A stretch of DNA of 56,698 nt, the filler included, from Bipalium vagum (lineage: Eukaryota), in assembly GCA_037834085.1 (NCBI GenBank). It is 3 parts of 3 records of this genome, joined end to end, with 100 filler letters (N's around TTAATTAATTAA, not from the genome) between each part and the next. Parts side by side here need not be neighbours in the genome. Positions count along the whole stretch, not along the records: positions 1 to 20,507 come from JBBMKC010251665.1; positions 20,608 to 38,289 come from JBBMKC010055951.1; 1 more part is not named here. The stretch is one strand, 5' to 3'. This document shows positions 14,610 to 26,620 of the stretch, one piece after another (position 1 is the stretch's first letter; every line of letters starts with the position of its first letter). The position numbers and the translations under genes were made by a program. Under the pieces are notes generated by a model, which was not told the origin of the DNA, did no database searches, and was given only the letters and a program-made list of their open reading frames with translations.

Positions 14610-16040
14610 AACTTTTACTTCGTTCAAATAGAAACATTTAAATAGAGATTCCTGGTTCAAGAATTAGGATCACAACCATTTTGAAGCAGTTTGCATAATA
14701 TTAGCTGAGATCATGATTTACTAAGAGTAAGTTCAAATGAAAATACCAAATTCTCAGGACATTAGGATTTTGAAAAGCTGAAATCCATATAATTATGAAA
14801 AAACATCTATCACAACGATCATTCACACCAGTTATGTTATTTATTATTGATTTGTTTGAATAAATACTTTTCACCTTCATGTGCTATATTTTCTACTGTT
14901 ATAAAGAACGAATTAACTGGCGACCACACCGGAAATGTCAATGTTGTCACAAGGAGACAAGACAGGAAAATAATTCTGGATGCTTTGCCGAGTAAAGCCA
15001 AGATTTAAAAAACTTTAATGTTCACCGATTCAATGGACGAGTTCAGGTGAGGCTGAACGATGGTTCAAAGATATAGAAGAATGGCTCCAACTTAATGACT
15101 TATGTCTCAATGGAGTATTCGACCTCCTGCTGTCCGATGAGGTTGCAGCCAGGTTTCATGAGACTTTTACCATTAAAAAGTCGATTTCTGAGCCGATAAT
15201 GGAACTTGGTGAGATGAAGCAAAATAGTGATGAAAGGTTGGCAACCTTTGAAATCAGAGTTCGAAATCTGCTGGAAAAGGTCCTAGACTCCGGGTTATCC
15301 AGAGATGAAATTTTTGCTGATTTCTTAACAAAAAAGAGCCAAGAGCACGGGTCTTAAAGAAGCTCTAATACCAAGGCCGAAAATTGGTATTTACAAATAC
15401 AAATTACCAAATACAAATTTTTTCGACCGGGATTAGAGATGACTACAGAGCCGAAAGATCGAGTCTTAGATCAATTTCCTTATTGTTGGGAAGTCTTACA
15501 GAACGCACCAACGACAAGAGAATCCAAGAGTCCTGAACACTACAAAAAATCCAATGCCTATGGATTTTCCAGAATCACCGATATCGTATGTCCTCAGTGT
15601 CAGACTAAACATGAACAGGCCAAAGTTGAAAAGCTGAAGACCAGATATATTAACCAGATGAGTTTCGCGGACGGACGGCTGGACAGGATCGGGAAAGAAC
15701 AACAGCCTGATCCTTTGTTTGTTGGTTTTGTACGATATTTGCGGAGGGGGAGAAATTTTCCAGTAAACATCAGAAACAGTTTTCTGTATCAATGGAGAAA
15801 CAGTCTGCAAATTGCAAACGACATGCTGGTCTTCAGAAAGGATGGACTGGATCTAATAATTATACCAGAAATGTTCGCGAATGATTTTATCAAAGAAATT
15901 CATGCAGACTTGTGCCATTTCGGAAGCAAGAAGATTTTCCGTTATATAAAGGAACATTATTATTGACCGTCAATGTGAAATTCAATCAAAACCTGTCTGA
16001 AGTCCTGTATGGTATGTGCCAAGAAGAAGATAGATCAACA
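14610..16040 (+). mobile_element. Internally deleted Gypsy LTR retrotransposon (probable LTR, PBS, gag remnant, integrase zinc-binding region)
   Basis: PBS-like TGGCGACCAC at 14918; gag-like AERWFKDIEEWLQL; ORF 15439-15966 ends IKEIHADLCHFGSKKIFRYIKEHYY*P..CMVC (H2C2 integrase zinc domain). The 5' LTR boundary is approximate. Confidence 0.75.
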
Positions 16041-17661
16041 CCCGAACTAAGGACTGTAATATTTTTTGTGGATAAGTTAATTTTATACATATAGAACATT
16101 TTATTTTATTATTTTTTTAAGGTTCAAAGTAAAATATTTTAATTTGGCTGAAATTTTTTTTTAACAATACCGGAAATTGTATACTTTCTATTTCTACAGT
16201 TTCTTTTCAGATAAATCAATAAATGCTTGAAAATATAATGTTGAGATATCTTTCGATATAGTTGCAGCATCTTGTCTCTGTTTTATATGATTAATTTAAT
16301 CTCAAAGTAATATTAATTTTTAGCTTAGTTTTGTAACTATATAGTATGTTAATTAAGTTTAACGAAAGTGAACTCTATTAAGGTCGCTGCGCTCCATAAA
16401 ACGTTCCGTTAATTAGAAAAATCACTCTGTAAGTCAGGATTCTAAAAAAATTGTGAAACTCATAAATATTAAATTAACCTTCACAAAAGAACTGCAGTGA
16501 TGTCGTAGTTCAACCCAATATTGTTATAGGAATATTATGAACTTAATTCACAAACTTAAATCAATAAAAAATGAGATCTGAACTAAGTACATTAAAAATA
16601 AAAAATATAATTATTTATTTAAATTTAAAGAACAGCAAAGGTGATGTGTGTAAAAATGTAATGATTATTACACAACTTAAAACTATTGCACCAGATATTT
16701 TGCTATTTCAAATTTCATTTTATTATAAAATATAATGTTTTTTAATATTATTTAATCAAAATATTAAAATTAAAGGTTATCAAGAAAGAGAATTTCATTT
16801 ACAAAATGGATATGGACTTATAATTTTAATAAGGTGTTCTTCTTTAATGTTAAGTATTAATTAAAATTATCATAAAACATTTAATATAGAAATATAATAC
16901 ATTATACTAATTGAATATTAATATTATGTTGAGGGAATGGTATTGTTTCTTTTTCCTCTAACAAATCAATAGTCGATAAGTCACTATAAAATATAGTTTT
17001 ATTAATCAAAATATGCACAATTGGAATCTACACCACTTTGCCAACGTCATACGAGCTTTTTTACACCGTTTCTAAAAAAAATCCTGGTCACGAGATTCAG
17101 TAAAAGATGTGAAGGTATGTTGAGCATCAAACTGATTTTTGAACTGCTTATTTCATAGGAAATTGTCAAGAGACAGAAATAAATAATAATCTGTGGATAT
17201 TATTATAATATAATAATCAACTCATTAAAAATAAATAAGAAACGTTATTAATTAATAGAAATATGATAACGTTGATAATATTTAATAATCACTAAAATGA
17301 AGTGTTTAAAGTAAATGTAAATGCTCTTGAATCAATGATTGTTTATTTCTTTGTTTTAATATACATATCTAAAAATTATAAAATTTATTTTATTAAATAT
17401 TTTTATAATTAATGTTTTAATATTTACAATGAAATGATTCTTCAGAATATTTTCGAAATTTCATATTTGAAAGATTTAATTAATCATTTACTAAAAAAGT
17501 ATATATAAAGGGGTTGTTGAATTCCCCTGGTAACAATTAATATCTGTAATAAACAAAAAGAATAAATTGATTTACTATTATCAAATAAAGTTTTAATGGA
17601 TTTGAAAAGCTGAAATATGTAATTTATATTTTGAATATTTTATTTTTCTTTCATGTAGTAG

Positions 17662-18040
17662 ATCTCGGATCATTCTGTAATGATCAGGATATTATCTGCC
17701 GAACAAAAATTGCTGAATGCGCATACAGCAGTGTGATGAAGTTCAAGGTCTGTTCTTGTCCCAAGGACTACATTGCCGTTTATCAAATGTACTTAAATTA
17801 TTACGAATGTTGTAAGTCAAAATACCCTTACGTCGTTTCTATTTTATTTGTTTTCGATTAAACCAGATCCAAAAATTGAGAGAATGACAAAATTTTGTGA
17901 ACATTGTCAAAACAGCCAAGGCTCTTGTATCGACATCAATGGGGATGGAAATGAAGATTCTTGTTATTGTGGGAAATGGAAGACCATCTCTAATCAAGAG
18001 GACACAGAACTTTCTCAGCCAATTTGTCGCGATAACTTAC
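17662..18040 (+). CDS. Two internal exons of a cysteine-rich (EGF/EB-like) extracellular protein, partial
   Basis: Exons 17662-17811 (DLGSFCNDQDIICRTKIAECAYSSVMKFKVCSCPKDY..YEC) and 17867-18040 (YPKIERMTKFCEHCQNSQGSCIDINGDGNEDSCYCGK..PICRDNL), separated by a 55-nt gtaagt..ccag intron; all junctions phase 1. Confidence 0.65.
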
Positions 18041-18169
18041 GTAAGTAGAATGAGCTAAAGAATGTCAGATCAACTTAATATTCCAATCTGAGATAAAAAT
18101 CGGATCACATAAGTTCAAAGGATCTGTTTGGCACCTATTTTTAATCATAACGAATCTTTGACAGAAATC

Positions 18170-18515
18170 ATTTATATTATTATTATTTTATTGATTATTA
18201 TTTTATTGATTATTATTTTATTGATTATTATTTATTGATAATTATTTATTATATTTTATTGATTATTATTAGTTTATTTTGTTACTATTATTTTATTTAT
18301 TATTATTATTTTATTTATTATTATTATTATTTTATTTATTATTATTTATTTATTATTATTATTTTATTTATTATTAATATTTTATTTATTATTATGTATT
18401 ATTATTTTATTTATTAATCTATTTTTTCTTAATGTTCTTTTTATTATTATTCTATCTATCTATTATTATTATTATTATTATTATTATTCTATTTATTATT
18501 ATTTCTTTATTATAA
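18170..18515. repeat. (TTA)n/(TTTA)n low-complexity tract
   Basis: Seen directly; it generates the spurious Y/I/F-rich ORF 18235-18417. Confidence 0.85.
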
Positions 18516-19472
18516 TTTTCTTTAAGTTTTTTTTTCAATAAAAGCTAAAATTATACAAAATCTTTTCTAAAAAATTCAGTCTAAAATTGTCTAAATGTTC
18601 TCCTTCAGCACCAGACTTTTATTATATTAAGTCTTAGCAAACATGAACCACATTGTTTTTGTCTTGTAAAAAATTTAATTTTACTATTTATTTATTTTTA
18701 TTTTATATTAGTCATTTAATTCAAACTATTTCAATATTTTACATTCATTATTTCCATTGCTATGATTTTGTTTTTATGATAATTACGTAATTAATTAATT
18801 ATGCTAATTAAACCAGTTATTAAAACAAGAAAATTATTCTAATTAAATAATTAAATTAGTATTCATCTATCCACCGTATAAATATTTGATCAGTTTTGTA
18901 AAAAAATAAATAAATCAAATCAAATTTGAGAACTAAATCGAAAAAATATTATAATAAAAGAATAAAAATAAAAGTAAACATTGAAAGTTTTTTGGTTAAA
19001 TTTTGAGTAGTGATTTGTCATTTTGGTTAGTTATTAAATCTTAAAGAAAGGGAATTTTTAAGCTTTCATTATCTTCCTCAAATAATTATTCCCATCCATT
19101 ATAATTTCAACAAATCGAACAAATAATATGATGTTTTTTCTGAGCTGTTAAGAAACGTTCCCATAATGTGATACTGACTAGAATCAAAGGAAACCCCAAT
19201 AATTTGTCCATGGTCTTGCCATACCCAGACCTTGAAATGGAAAGGGTTAACTTGTTTCATAATCAAAATAATTCTTATCCTTTCACAAACCTGTTGGGCT
19301 CTTGAGAAGACACAATTTCAGCAGGCGGTGAAAGGATACCTGTTTAATTTTTTGTCTTGCTTTTTCTTAGATAACTTAGTTTACAGCCTTTTTGTATCGG
19401 ATACAAATATGTTTTCTGAAAGTACTTTTAAAATTATGAATTTTCGTATATAAATTATAACCATTATTGAAA

Positions 19473-20170
19473 ATGTCAAGAAACTGCAAGAACAAACCTA
19501 ACAATTTCTGTAGTGTGTGTAGTTTTTCACAACAGCAGACCAGAATAAAAATAACGAGCGAAGTTAGACATATTTATAACGTCTATTTTTTATGTAATGT
19601 GGAGAGCAGGATAAAACCTTAATGATCTATCTCGTTGACAGAATGTTATTCGGGGAAAGGAAAATGTATTCGGTTTTCATTGCAGAGGACTACTTTTGCA
19701 TGACTAAAGTGATTGGTATAAACAAGAAAAATAAAAAGACGATATTATACCCAGATTTTCCTTTATCCATACGACAACTTAAATATTCAGACGATCTGCC
19801 TATTCCTCTAAGAATTCCTAGACCTCTGAGGCTATCTGAACAAAATGATGATGACGAAGACAATACCAGTAGTGATGAATACAAACCTCGTGAAAAAGAA
19901 CTGTCAAAGTTATTTATAGAAAATAAACTTGATAAGAAATTTAGAAATATCAAAAGCATCAGCTGAATTGGTGGATTCAAGACAGCGAGAGAAAATTTTT
20001 TTGATGAATGATACTATTATATCGCGATATCCAGATAACGTTTTTCACAAATACTTTTAAATTCCGTTACTCTAAAAGAAAATTTACAAAATATGTTATT
20101 GCTGATTAAGTATAAAGAGCATAATGCCTGGTCCAAAGCGATTTACTCAATTTTGTTAGGCCTTCAAAGA
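19473..20170 (+). mobile_element. Decayed Chapaev3-like (CMC superfamily) DNA transposase
   Basis: MSRNCKNKPNNFCSVC.., DYFCMTKVIGINKKNKKTILYPDFPLSIRQLKYSDDLPIP, ENLQNMLLLIKYKEHN and LLGLQ match a widespread invertebrate transposase pattern; family name is from memory. Confidence 0.55.
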
Positions 20171-20195
20171 CTCTGAGCATTACTCAAGAAAAGAT

Positions 20196-20432
20196 TTGCA
20201 GAAACTTTTGGGCCTTAATATCAACAAAGACTGGGTTAAAACGAACCTTATGAAGATAGAAGCAATTAAATGGTTTGAAAGGCCAAAATGTGTAAAAAGA
20301 TTTCTATTTTTATATGGAAATACTAGATTCACTCTTAGAACAGATCACAAATCTATAACATTTATGCTGACAACAAAGAAGCCAATTTTAGCACAGTTTC
20401 AGACATGGATAAACTACTTGAGTAGTTTAGAT
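20196..20432 (+). mobile_element. Gypsy RT/RNase H fragment
   Basis: RFTLRTDHKSITFMLTTKKPILAQFQTWINYLSSLDI; similar to the segment at about 46786-46895. Confidence 0.7.
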
Positions 20433-20507
20433 ATACAGGGTGCGTGCGATATTTTCGGAAATAAAATGAAAGAAGAAAAACAAGTATAGCTTTTTTATTT
20501 TTTATTA

Positions 20508-20607
20508 NNNNNNNNNNNNNNNNNNNNNNNNNNNNNNNNNNNNNNNNNNNNTTAATTAATTAANNNNNNNNNNNNNNNNNNNNNNNNNNNNNNNNNNNNN
20601 NNNNNNN
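20508..20607. other. Assembly spacer (44 N + TTAATTAATTAA + 44 N)
   Basis: Seen directly; palindromic linker with TAA in all six frames; identical structure at 38290-38389. Confidence 0.95.
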
Positions 20608-20666
<59 letters not shown>

Positions 20667-20682
20667 TAATAATAATAATAAT
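20608..20682. repeat. (AAT)n microsatellite at contig end
   Basis: Seen directly. Confidence 0.9.
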
Positions 20683-21130
20683 GAAAATAATTGATAATAT
20701 TTTTATTTATTTTTATTAATATTACCTTAAATTGATATTTTAAAATGATAATAACCAATATGGAATTTTTAAAATTTTTATTTATTCGGTGTTTATTCAG
20801 TTGGGAGTTCTCCTGAAAAGAGATCACTCAAATATTGTATTTCGACCAATGTAAATGATTGAATCGATTGTTTTTAGTTGAATTATATTTTTATTCACAT
20901 TATTTATTTTTATAGAGATTGTTTTTTTTGTAGAAAGTTTTGTAGATAAGTTTTTAATTATTATTATTAAAAATTATTATTATTATTTTTATTTAAATAT
21001 ATTTTTTGTGAGTTTTACGAATTAGCACAAATTAAATGTCTTATTAAATTAAATAGACCCTTAAAAATGTCTATATATTGTTTACGTATTGTGAAGATGT
21101 CTTACTGTTTTTAAGTTAATCTTATTAAAG

Positions 21131-23692
21131 GCGATGGGTTTGTTCAGTTCGACGAGTTTGTCAGTATTATGCAAAATAATGTTGAAGAGGACTCTCAATT
21201 GGAAATCGAAGAAACCTTTAAAGTTTTTGATAAAGATGGAAATGGATTCATTACCGCAGATGAATTGAAAGGAGTCTTATTGAAAATGGGATATAATTTG
21301 ACAGACGAAGATATATTTCAAATGATGTCAGAGGCAGACGTTGATGGTGATGGGAAAATAACATATGAAGGTAACAGAAAATAATTTATTTACAACTAAA
21401 CTATTGAGGTAGGATGGATATATTTTATGTTAATTTATATATAGTAATCATATATAATTTCTTATATAATCTTAGTACACAAAATCCATATATTTATCCT
21501 TATTTACACTGTTTCCAGTATCAATTTAATGCACTTTTAAAGTATACATTGGTTTACATTGGTATACATTGGTATACACCTACCAATGAAGAAAATGCTT
21601 GCCAAACAAAAATTTTTTTATAGCATTTTTAATAAATTTTTGTGATTGATCAAATTGTTCTCCAGACTTTTCAGAGTAAAAATCTTTACTAGTAACTGTG
21701 CTTGGATCATAATTTGAGGGCACGAAATCCTCATTATCCATTACATAATAAAATTTTTTCCCCAGATGTTACTACTTTATTGTAAATTTGTTTGGTAACT
21801 TGTCGTGCTCTTAATTCTTGATTTTTTTCTTTTTAGTGTGTTTTCAGACAGATTGCCTGTGTTATTATGAACATTACTATGATGAATAGATTACTTTTGA
21901 ATCAGAGTATATTAACAAAAAACAAACACGTAATCATTTATAAAACTACCATCATTTGCAATTACACTTTTTCATCTATTCACCAACAAATAAATCCCGT
22001 CCGAATAAAATAAGACTTTTTTTTTAACAAAATACAAACAGAATAAATAAAGAAGCTCAATTTAATATATTCTAAGCTTTTATAAGTTAAGGTCTTAAAA
22101 GTTGTTCGAAAGAACAAACTATCAAAACATGATGGATCAATGTTGATATTATATATGTATGATACATGTTGCAAAACTGTAAACCCTAAATCTCTGAATT
22201 TAATTGAGTTATCTTTGAAGTATGCGTTTTTGTGTTATCATGAAGAAGGATAACAGCGTCTTATTTCTTAATCAAGAAAAAAACCGATTTTAAAGTATCT
22301 AATTGTCCATAGTAGAATTCAGTGTTAATCATTTGTCTCGATTCCAATGGCTCTTTAAACCCTACCAGGCACAAAGAAATGCTTTGTTTAAGAAAAAATT
22401 TGATATTGTTAAGTGAAATGACATAAAAACTTCACTGAACTTTTGTACATTAGAAAAAGATCTTTCATATAAAATATTTGGTATTAAATAAATATGATAC
22501 CGTAAAACAAAATCATCAAATAACAAAATAAAGAGAAATTGTTACAACCTTAAATATTTGATCTAATTAAATAATTTTTTAAACTGATTTTGAAAAAAAC
22601 TTATTATTACCATTTCAGGGTGAGTCAAAAGTCTTTCATGTTTTTATGAGAAAATTTAATTTACAAAACATCTATAACAGAAATTATATTCCTCAAAGTA
22701 CATTCCATCAATATCAATGATTTGAAGCCATCTTTCTGCCAATTAGAAATCTTATATCGATACCAGTCAGGCGTCTTAGAGACGAAAAATTCTCCAATTC
22801 CAGTTTTAACTTCATCCTCTAAACTGATGTATCTCCATCTGCCACTGCTTTCTTCCACTATAATTACCAAAGAAACCCACTTTTAATCTGATGTAATAAT
22901 TTTCTTCTTTATTTTAATTAATTCTTGGCAAAGATCAACTCAACACAGGACTTGAATATTTGTAAATTCGTGAGGAAACCGAAGTGGATTTCTATGTTCA
23001 AAGTACATGTTATGCAAATAGTGCACAATGGTGCTTTGGGAATGACCAAGCACTTCTGAGAGCTTCTGAGTGCTGGTACTAGGCTGCTGTTCAACCATAT
23101 CACGAAATGTCTCCTTCACCACTGATGACCGATATGAACGTTCATTAATTTCAAGACTCTTGTTTCCCAATTTGAAGCGACATGGCATTGCATTGTGTTT
23201 TCCTTAACAAATTTCTTGCCATCAAGTAGCAGATTTTTCAAATCGCAGCTGCTGTTAGGCCTTTTTAAAGTTGTCTTAATAATACTCAAACTACTGTTTT
23301 TCATCGATCATTTTAAAGTATAAAATAATTTAAGACTTTAGAAATATTGTATTTTAAAGCGTACATATATTCAGCTTTTCAGTAGCTTTAAATTTTCTAT
23401 ATCTAAAATTTAAATGGTGTGGTTGAATAAAATCTTAAGATAATTATTTAATGAGCAATTTTTACTCACCCTGATATAATCAACATCATCAAAATTACAA
23501 TCAATAATTGTAATAAGATACTTAAATTATAGTAATTGTCACATTTTGATTGGTTACCTATTATTTTTAGAAAATTAATAATCTTTTTTAGATAATTTTT
23601 ACCAAATATTAATTTTAGAATTCGCAAGAATGTTATTAGCAGAAGATACAGGGGACACAGAAGAAAACTGTGACAAGACTGAGCATCCTTGA
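21131..23692 (+). CDS. Calmodulin-like EF-hand protein, 3' part (5' exons not found, probably lost at the 20508 gap)
   Basis: Exon 21131-21370 (GDGFVQFDEF..VFDKDGNGFITADEL..EADVDGDGKITYE) and last exon 23619-23692 (EFARMLLAEDTGDTEENCDKTEHP*), followed by AATAAA at 23698; both phase-1 introns are at positions typical of calmodulin genes. Confidence 0.85.
22615..23474 (-). mobile_element. Internally deleted mariner with both TIRs, in the calmodulin-like intron
   Basis: TIR tcagggtgagt(c/a)aaaa at both ends, TA at 23475-23476; HTH region QQPSTSTQKLSEVLGHSQSTIVHYL..FPHEFT and C-terminal EDEVKTGIGEFFVSKTPDWY. Confidence 0.8.
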
Positions 23693-24289
23693 TTTATAAT
23701 AAAACTACTGCATATGAATCCGTGAATCTGCTTCTTTGATTTTTTAAAAAAACTTGTATTATAAAAAAAATATTTGCACAACCAGTTTCTAAAAATGAAT
23801 CAATTTTAATAGTGTTATGTTCTTACAAAGATAAATAAAATCAAGAAATTTAATAAATTATAAGTCCTGTATTATATCGGTGCTCTCAGTTAAACAATTT
23901 CAACCAATGGTTACAATTACTCATTAACATTCAGTGTACAGTATGAATCAGGATTTTGCAAAAATCCAGCTTGCATATTGTATTCATTCTTAAAACAACA
24001 CAAAAGGACAAATGTCAGAAAATTTAGAGCTTTCTCATTTTGAATCAAAATACTTGATTAATTCTTTTAAATATTCACATATCAGGCCTTACTACTGACC
24101 TTTCTTTTAGGTTTATCAAATATTTTTAATCTAATATCCATTTCAAATCTAGATACATTTACATTCATATTATTAATGTCTAAGAAAACCATAGTTACCT
24201 GAATTTAACTTCAGTTAAACTAATTTTAATTTATTGCAACTGAATTTTGGATATTTATTATAACTTAAGAAATTCAGCACATTGATAAA

Positions 24290-26620
24290 TTACGTTTGTT
24301 CTCTTCCACTTAAACGAAGGGGAGTTAAATCATATCTAAAGAGTTCGTTTTGTAATTTCTCAATGTCATCTTCAAACATTCTTTGCAAAAGAGTTTCCAT
24401 ATCCTTCGGCATACTTTCATTTAATCTGAAACAAACAGGACCAGACAATGCATTGGGAGGAAAAGCATTGTTGAGCATTTCTTTTGTTAAATCGAAATTC
24501 TCCCCTCCGAAGCCTTGTAAATTTCTCTTGGCTAATTCTTCATTTGCACTCAACTCTAAGTCTTTCAATCGGTTCTCAATGATAGTTTCGAAATGCCCTT
24601 TACTTGATTCCACTTCCATCAAGTAAGCATCGATGATGAAAGCCAGCACAATATTCATCACCAACAATACACAGGTCCAGTGTATTGATACGAAAAACAG
24701 TTTGGACAATCGATTGGTAGTTAACGTCGGTCCAGTTAACAGGATGTGCCAGTTATTAGAAACGGTTAAAATTATCATTAAAAGAAATCCATCAGCGGCC
24801 GAATTAAAGCCCAATATACAATAGTGGCTCTTGACAAAATCGCTATTGATTAAGTTTTTATTTCCACAATCGACAGTATCAGTGGAGTTTGGAATATCGT
24901 ACTTATTGTCAGGTGGAGGGTAATATCGATTTCCGAAAAGCTCAATTCCAATGCAAATGTAGATATAGTATATCGCCAACTGAACAGCGGTATAAGCCAA
25001 CAGTGAAGGAATCAGAATGATAATACATTGAACGATCAAGCGAAAGGATTTGATGACAGTCAAGATCTTCAACAGCCTCAGAACCCTGGCAGCAAGGAGA
25101 AACCGCAAGTAGCTTCTACTATAGGTTTCACCGAGTATATTCAAAATCTCTTGAATCAACAAGCTTATGACTGCTCCGGATATGATGATGAAATCAAAGA
25201 TATTCCAATATTCTTTGAAAAATAAATTAATGCCCGACGCAAAGATTCTGATCAGCAATTCAAATAGGAAAACCAGAGTAAATAACCATTCGAAAAACAT
25301 TTCCAAATGTTTATCGTTAAATGCGATCATTAATATAGCGTTGAGAAGAACGAGGAATTCGAAGAACAGTCTTGTGTATTTCGAGCGGATAATGGGTATG
25401 AGCATTTGGTTCAACTTGGACATGTAGCACCAGTAGAAGGCGGGAATGTGCTTTTCGAAAAAGATCCTGTTCATAGAAATTTCTTCAAAATTTAAGTGGA
25501 TAAATTCGGTCAGTTTTGTCATTTGAGACAAAGAAAGAGTGTTGGATTTGTTGATGTCCAGTAATTTAAAAAGAAGTATATTCCTGGCCTCGGAAGAGTC
25601 CGGTTCAACCTTTTTCATAACAATGCAAAACGATGGCAGCTCAATTTGGCCTGAAGAAGGATTTTTCAATATATCAAAAGCTTCCTGAAGACAAATCTTT
25701 TTCTTCTTCACATTTTCTATTACCCCGTTGCCCAAATGTATTTTGTAAGAATTGTAGACACTGGCCACGACGATACCCATGCAAATCCAGTTGCATATGA
25801 TCGTGACAGCAAGATATATGATGATATAAGAACTGGAGATCTCGTATGCGGGAATTATGACATCGGGAGAGTTTGAAGTAGTGACGAGGACGTATAAGTC
25901 GAAAATGACATCAAAATAATCGGAAAAATACGGCAAATTATTCGGGTAATGTAAATGGGATTTACCCAAAAATTGAAAAGCAATTAAAGCAAAGAATGCC
26001 AAGAGAAAAAGAAACAACGAAAATACGGTTAGGACATCAACGAGCGTGCCTTTGATATTTTTGATAGCAGATCTAATTTTGTAGTTCTCCGGAAATGTAG
26101 CACATAAAATTGGTCTCATACCCCGCGACCATTGGAACCTGGGATATTGGGGAAACACGTAGAACATTATAGTAAATATCAAGAGATCCAATAACATACA
26201 GATTATTATGACGATTGTTGCGATATTAAATTTATTTTTCCAGAATTCGGATTTTTTGGAACATTTCAATTGGTGAGTCCAACGAAACAGGAAGTACAAA
26301 ATACAGCATATGTTCAGGGAACCAACAACATATGGGGGTAGTTTACCGATAACATTGGTAAACGATTGTGGTTCCTCAATAAAAATGAGACCGAGATTCA
26401 ACCAAAGAAAGAAATAATATCCGCTTTGCAGCCAAAAGTTGTAATAAAGCTCATACAGTTTGATGGATTTCAGATTTCGAAGGTAATGAATGTGAATACG
26501 GGTGAACCGAGCATCCTTGATCAAGCAGCTGGCTAATTTATATTTTAAATCAGAGACCTCGTTGTCTGGCAAACCCATCTCTTCCTGCACTGTATAACCC
26601 GTCTTTCCTGTGTTGTCCAT
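24290..26620 (-). CDS. TPCN3: Two-pore cation channel, TPC3-type, single coding exon (776 aa)
   Basis: Two 6-TM repeats; pore 1 LYVLVTTSNSPDVIIPAY, pore 2 LTVSNNWHIL; IS4 WSRGMRP, IIS4 RVLRLLK; EF-like linker (LDINKSNTLS); C-terminal ETIIENRLKDL..LLQRMFEDDI. The NSPDV, WH and LLQRMFE motifs point to TPC3 rather than TPC1/2. Confidence 0.9.
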   Translation of the reverse strand: MDNTGKTGYTVQEEMGLPDNEVSDLKYKLASCLIKDARFTRIHIHYLRNLKSIKLYELYYNFWLQSGYYFFLWLNLGLIFIEEPQSFTNVIGKLPPYVVGSLNICCILYFLFRWTHQLKCSKKSEFWKNKFNIATIVIIICMLLDLLIFTIMFYVFPQYPRFQWSRGMRPILCATFPENYKIRSAIKNIKGTLVDVLTVFSLFLFLLAFFALIAFQFLGKSHLHYPNNLPYFSDYFDVIFDLYVLVTTSNSPDVIIPAYEISSSYIIIYLAVTIICNWICMGIVVASVYNSYKIHLGNGVIENVKKKKICLQEAFDILKNPSSGQIELPSFCIVMKKVEPDSSEARNILLFKLLDINKSNTLSLSQMTKLTEFIHLNFEEISMNRIFFEKHIPAFYWCYMSKLNQMLIPIIRSKYTRLFFEFLVLLNAILMIAFNDKHLEMFFEWLFTLVFLFELLIRIFASGINLFFKEYWNIFDFIIISGAVISLLIQEILNILGETYSRSYLRFLLAARVLRLLKILTVIKSFRLIVQCIIILIPSLLAYTAVQLAIYYIYICIGIELFGNRYYPPPDNKYDIPNSTDTVDCGNKNLINSDFVKSHYCILGFNSAADGFLLMIILTVSNNWHILLTGPTLTTNRLSKLFFVSIHWTCVLLVMNIVLAFIIDAYLMEVESSKGHFETIIENRLKDLELSANEELAKRNLQGFGGENFDLTKEMLNNAFPPNALSGPVCFRLNESMPKDMETLLQRMFEDDIEKLQNELFRYDLTPLRLSGREQT

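Noticed and set aside
17010-17208. Small spliced gene (44-nt gtatgt..catag intron at 17115-17158)
   Set aside because: The open frame has no in-frame ATG or acceptor upstream, so no coherent model can be built.
18235-18417. Tyr/Ile/Phe-rich ORF (also 20552-20827 and 582-818)
   Set aside because: Translation of TTA/AAT low-complexity DNA.
24282-25427. Plus-strand ORFs overlapping the TPC gene
   Set aside because: Antisense shadows of a real CDS, with no recognisable protein features.
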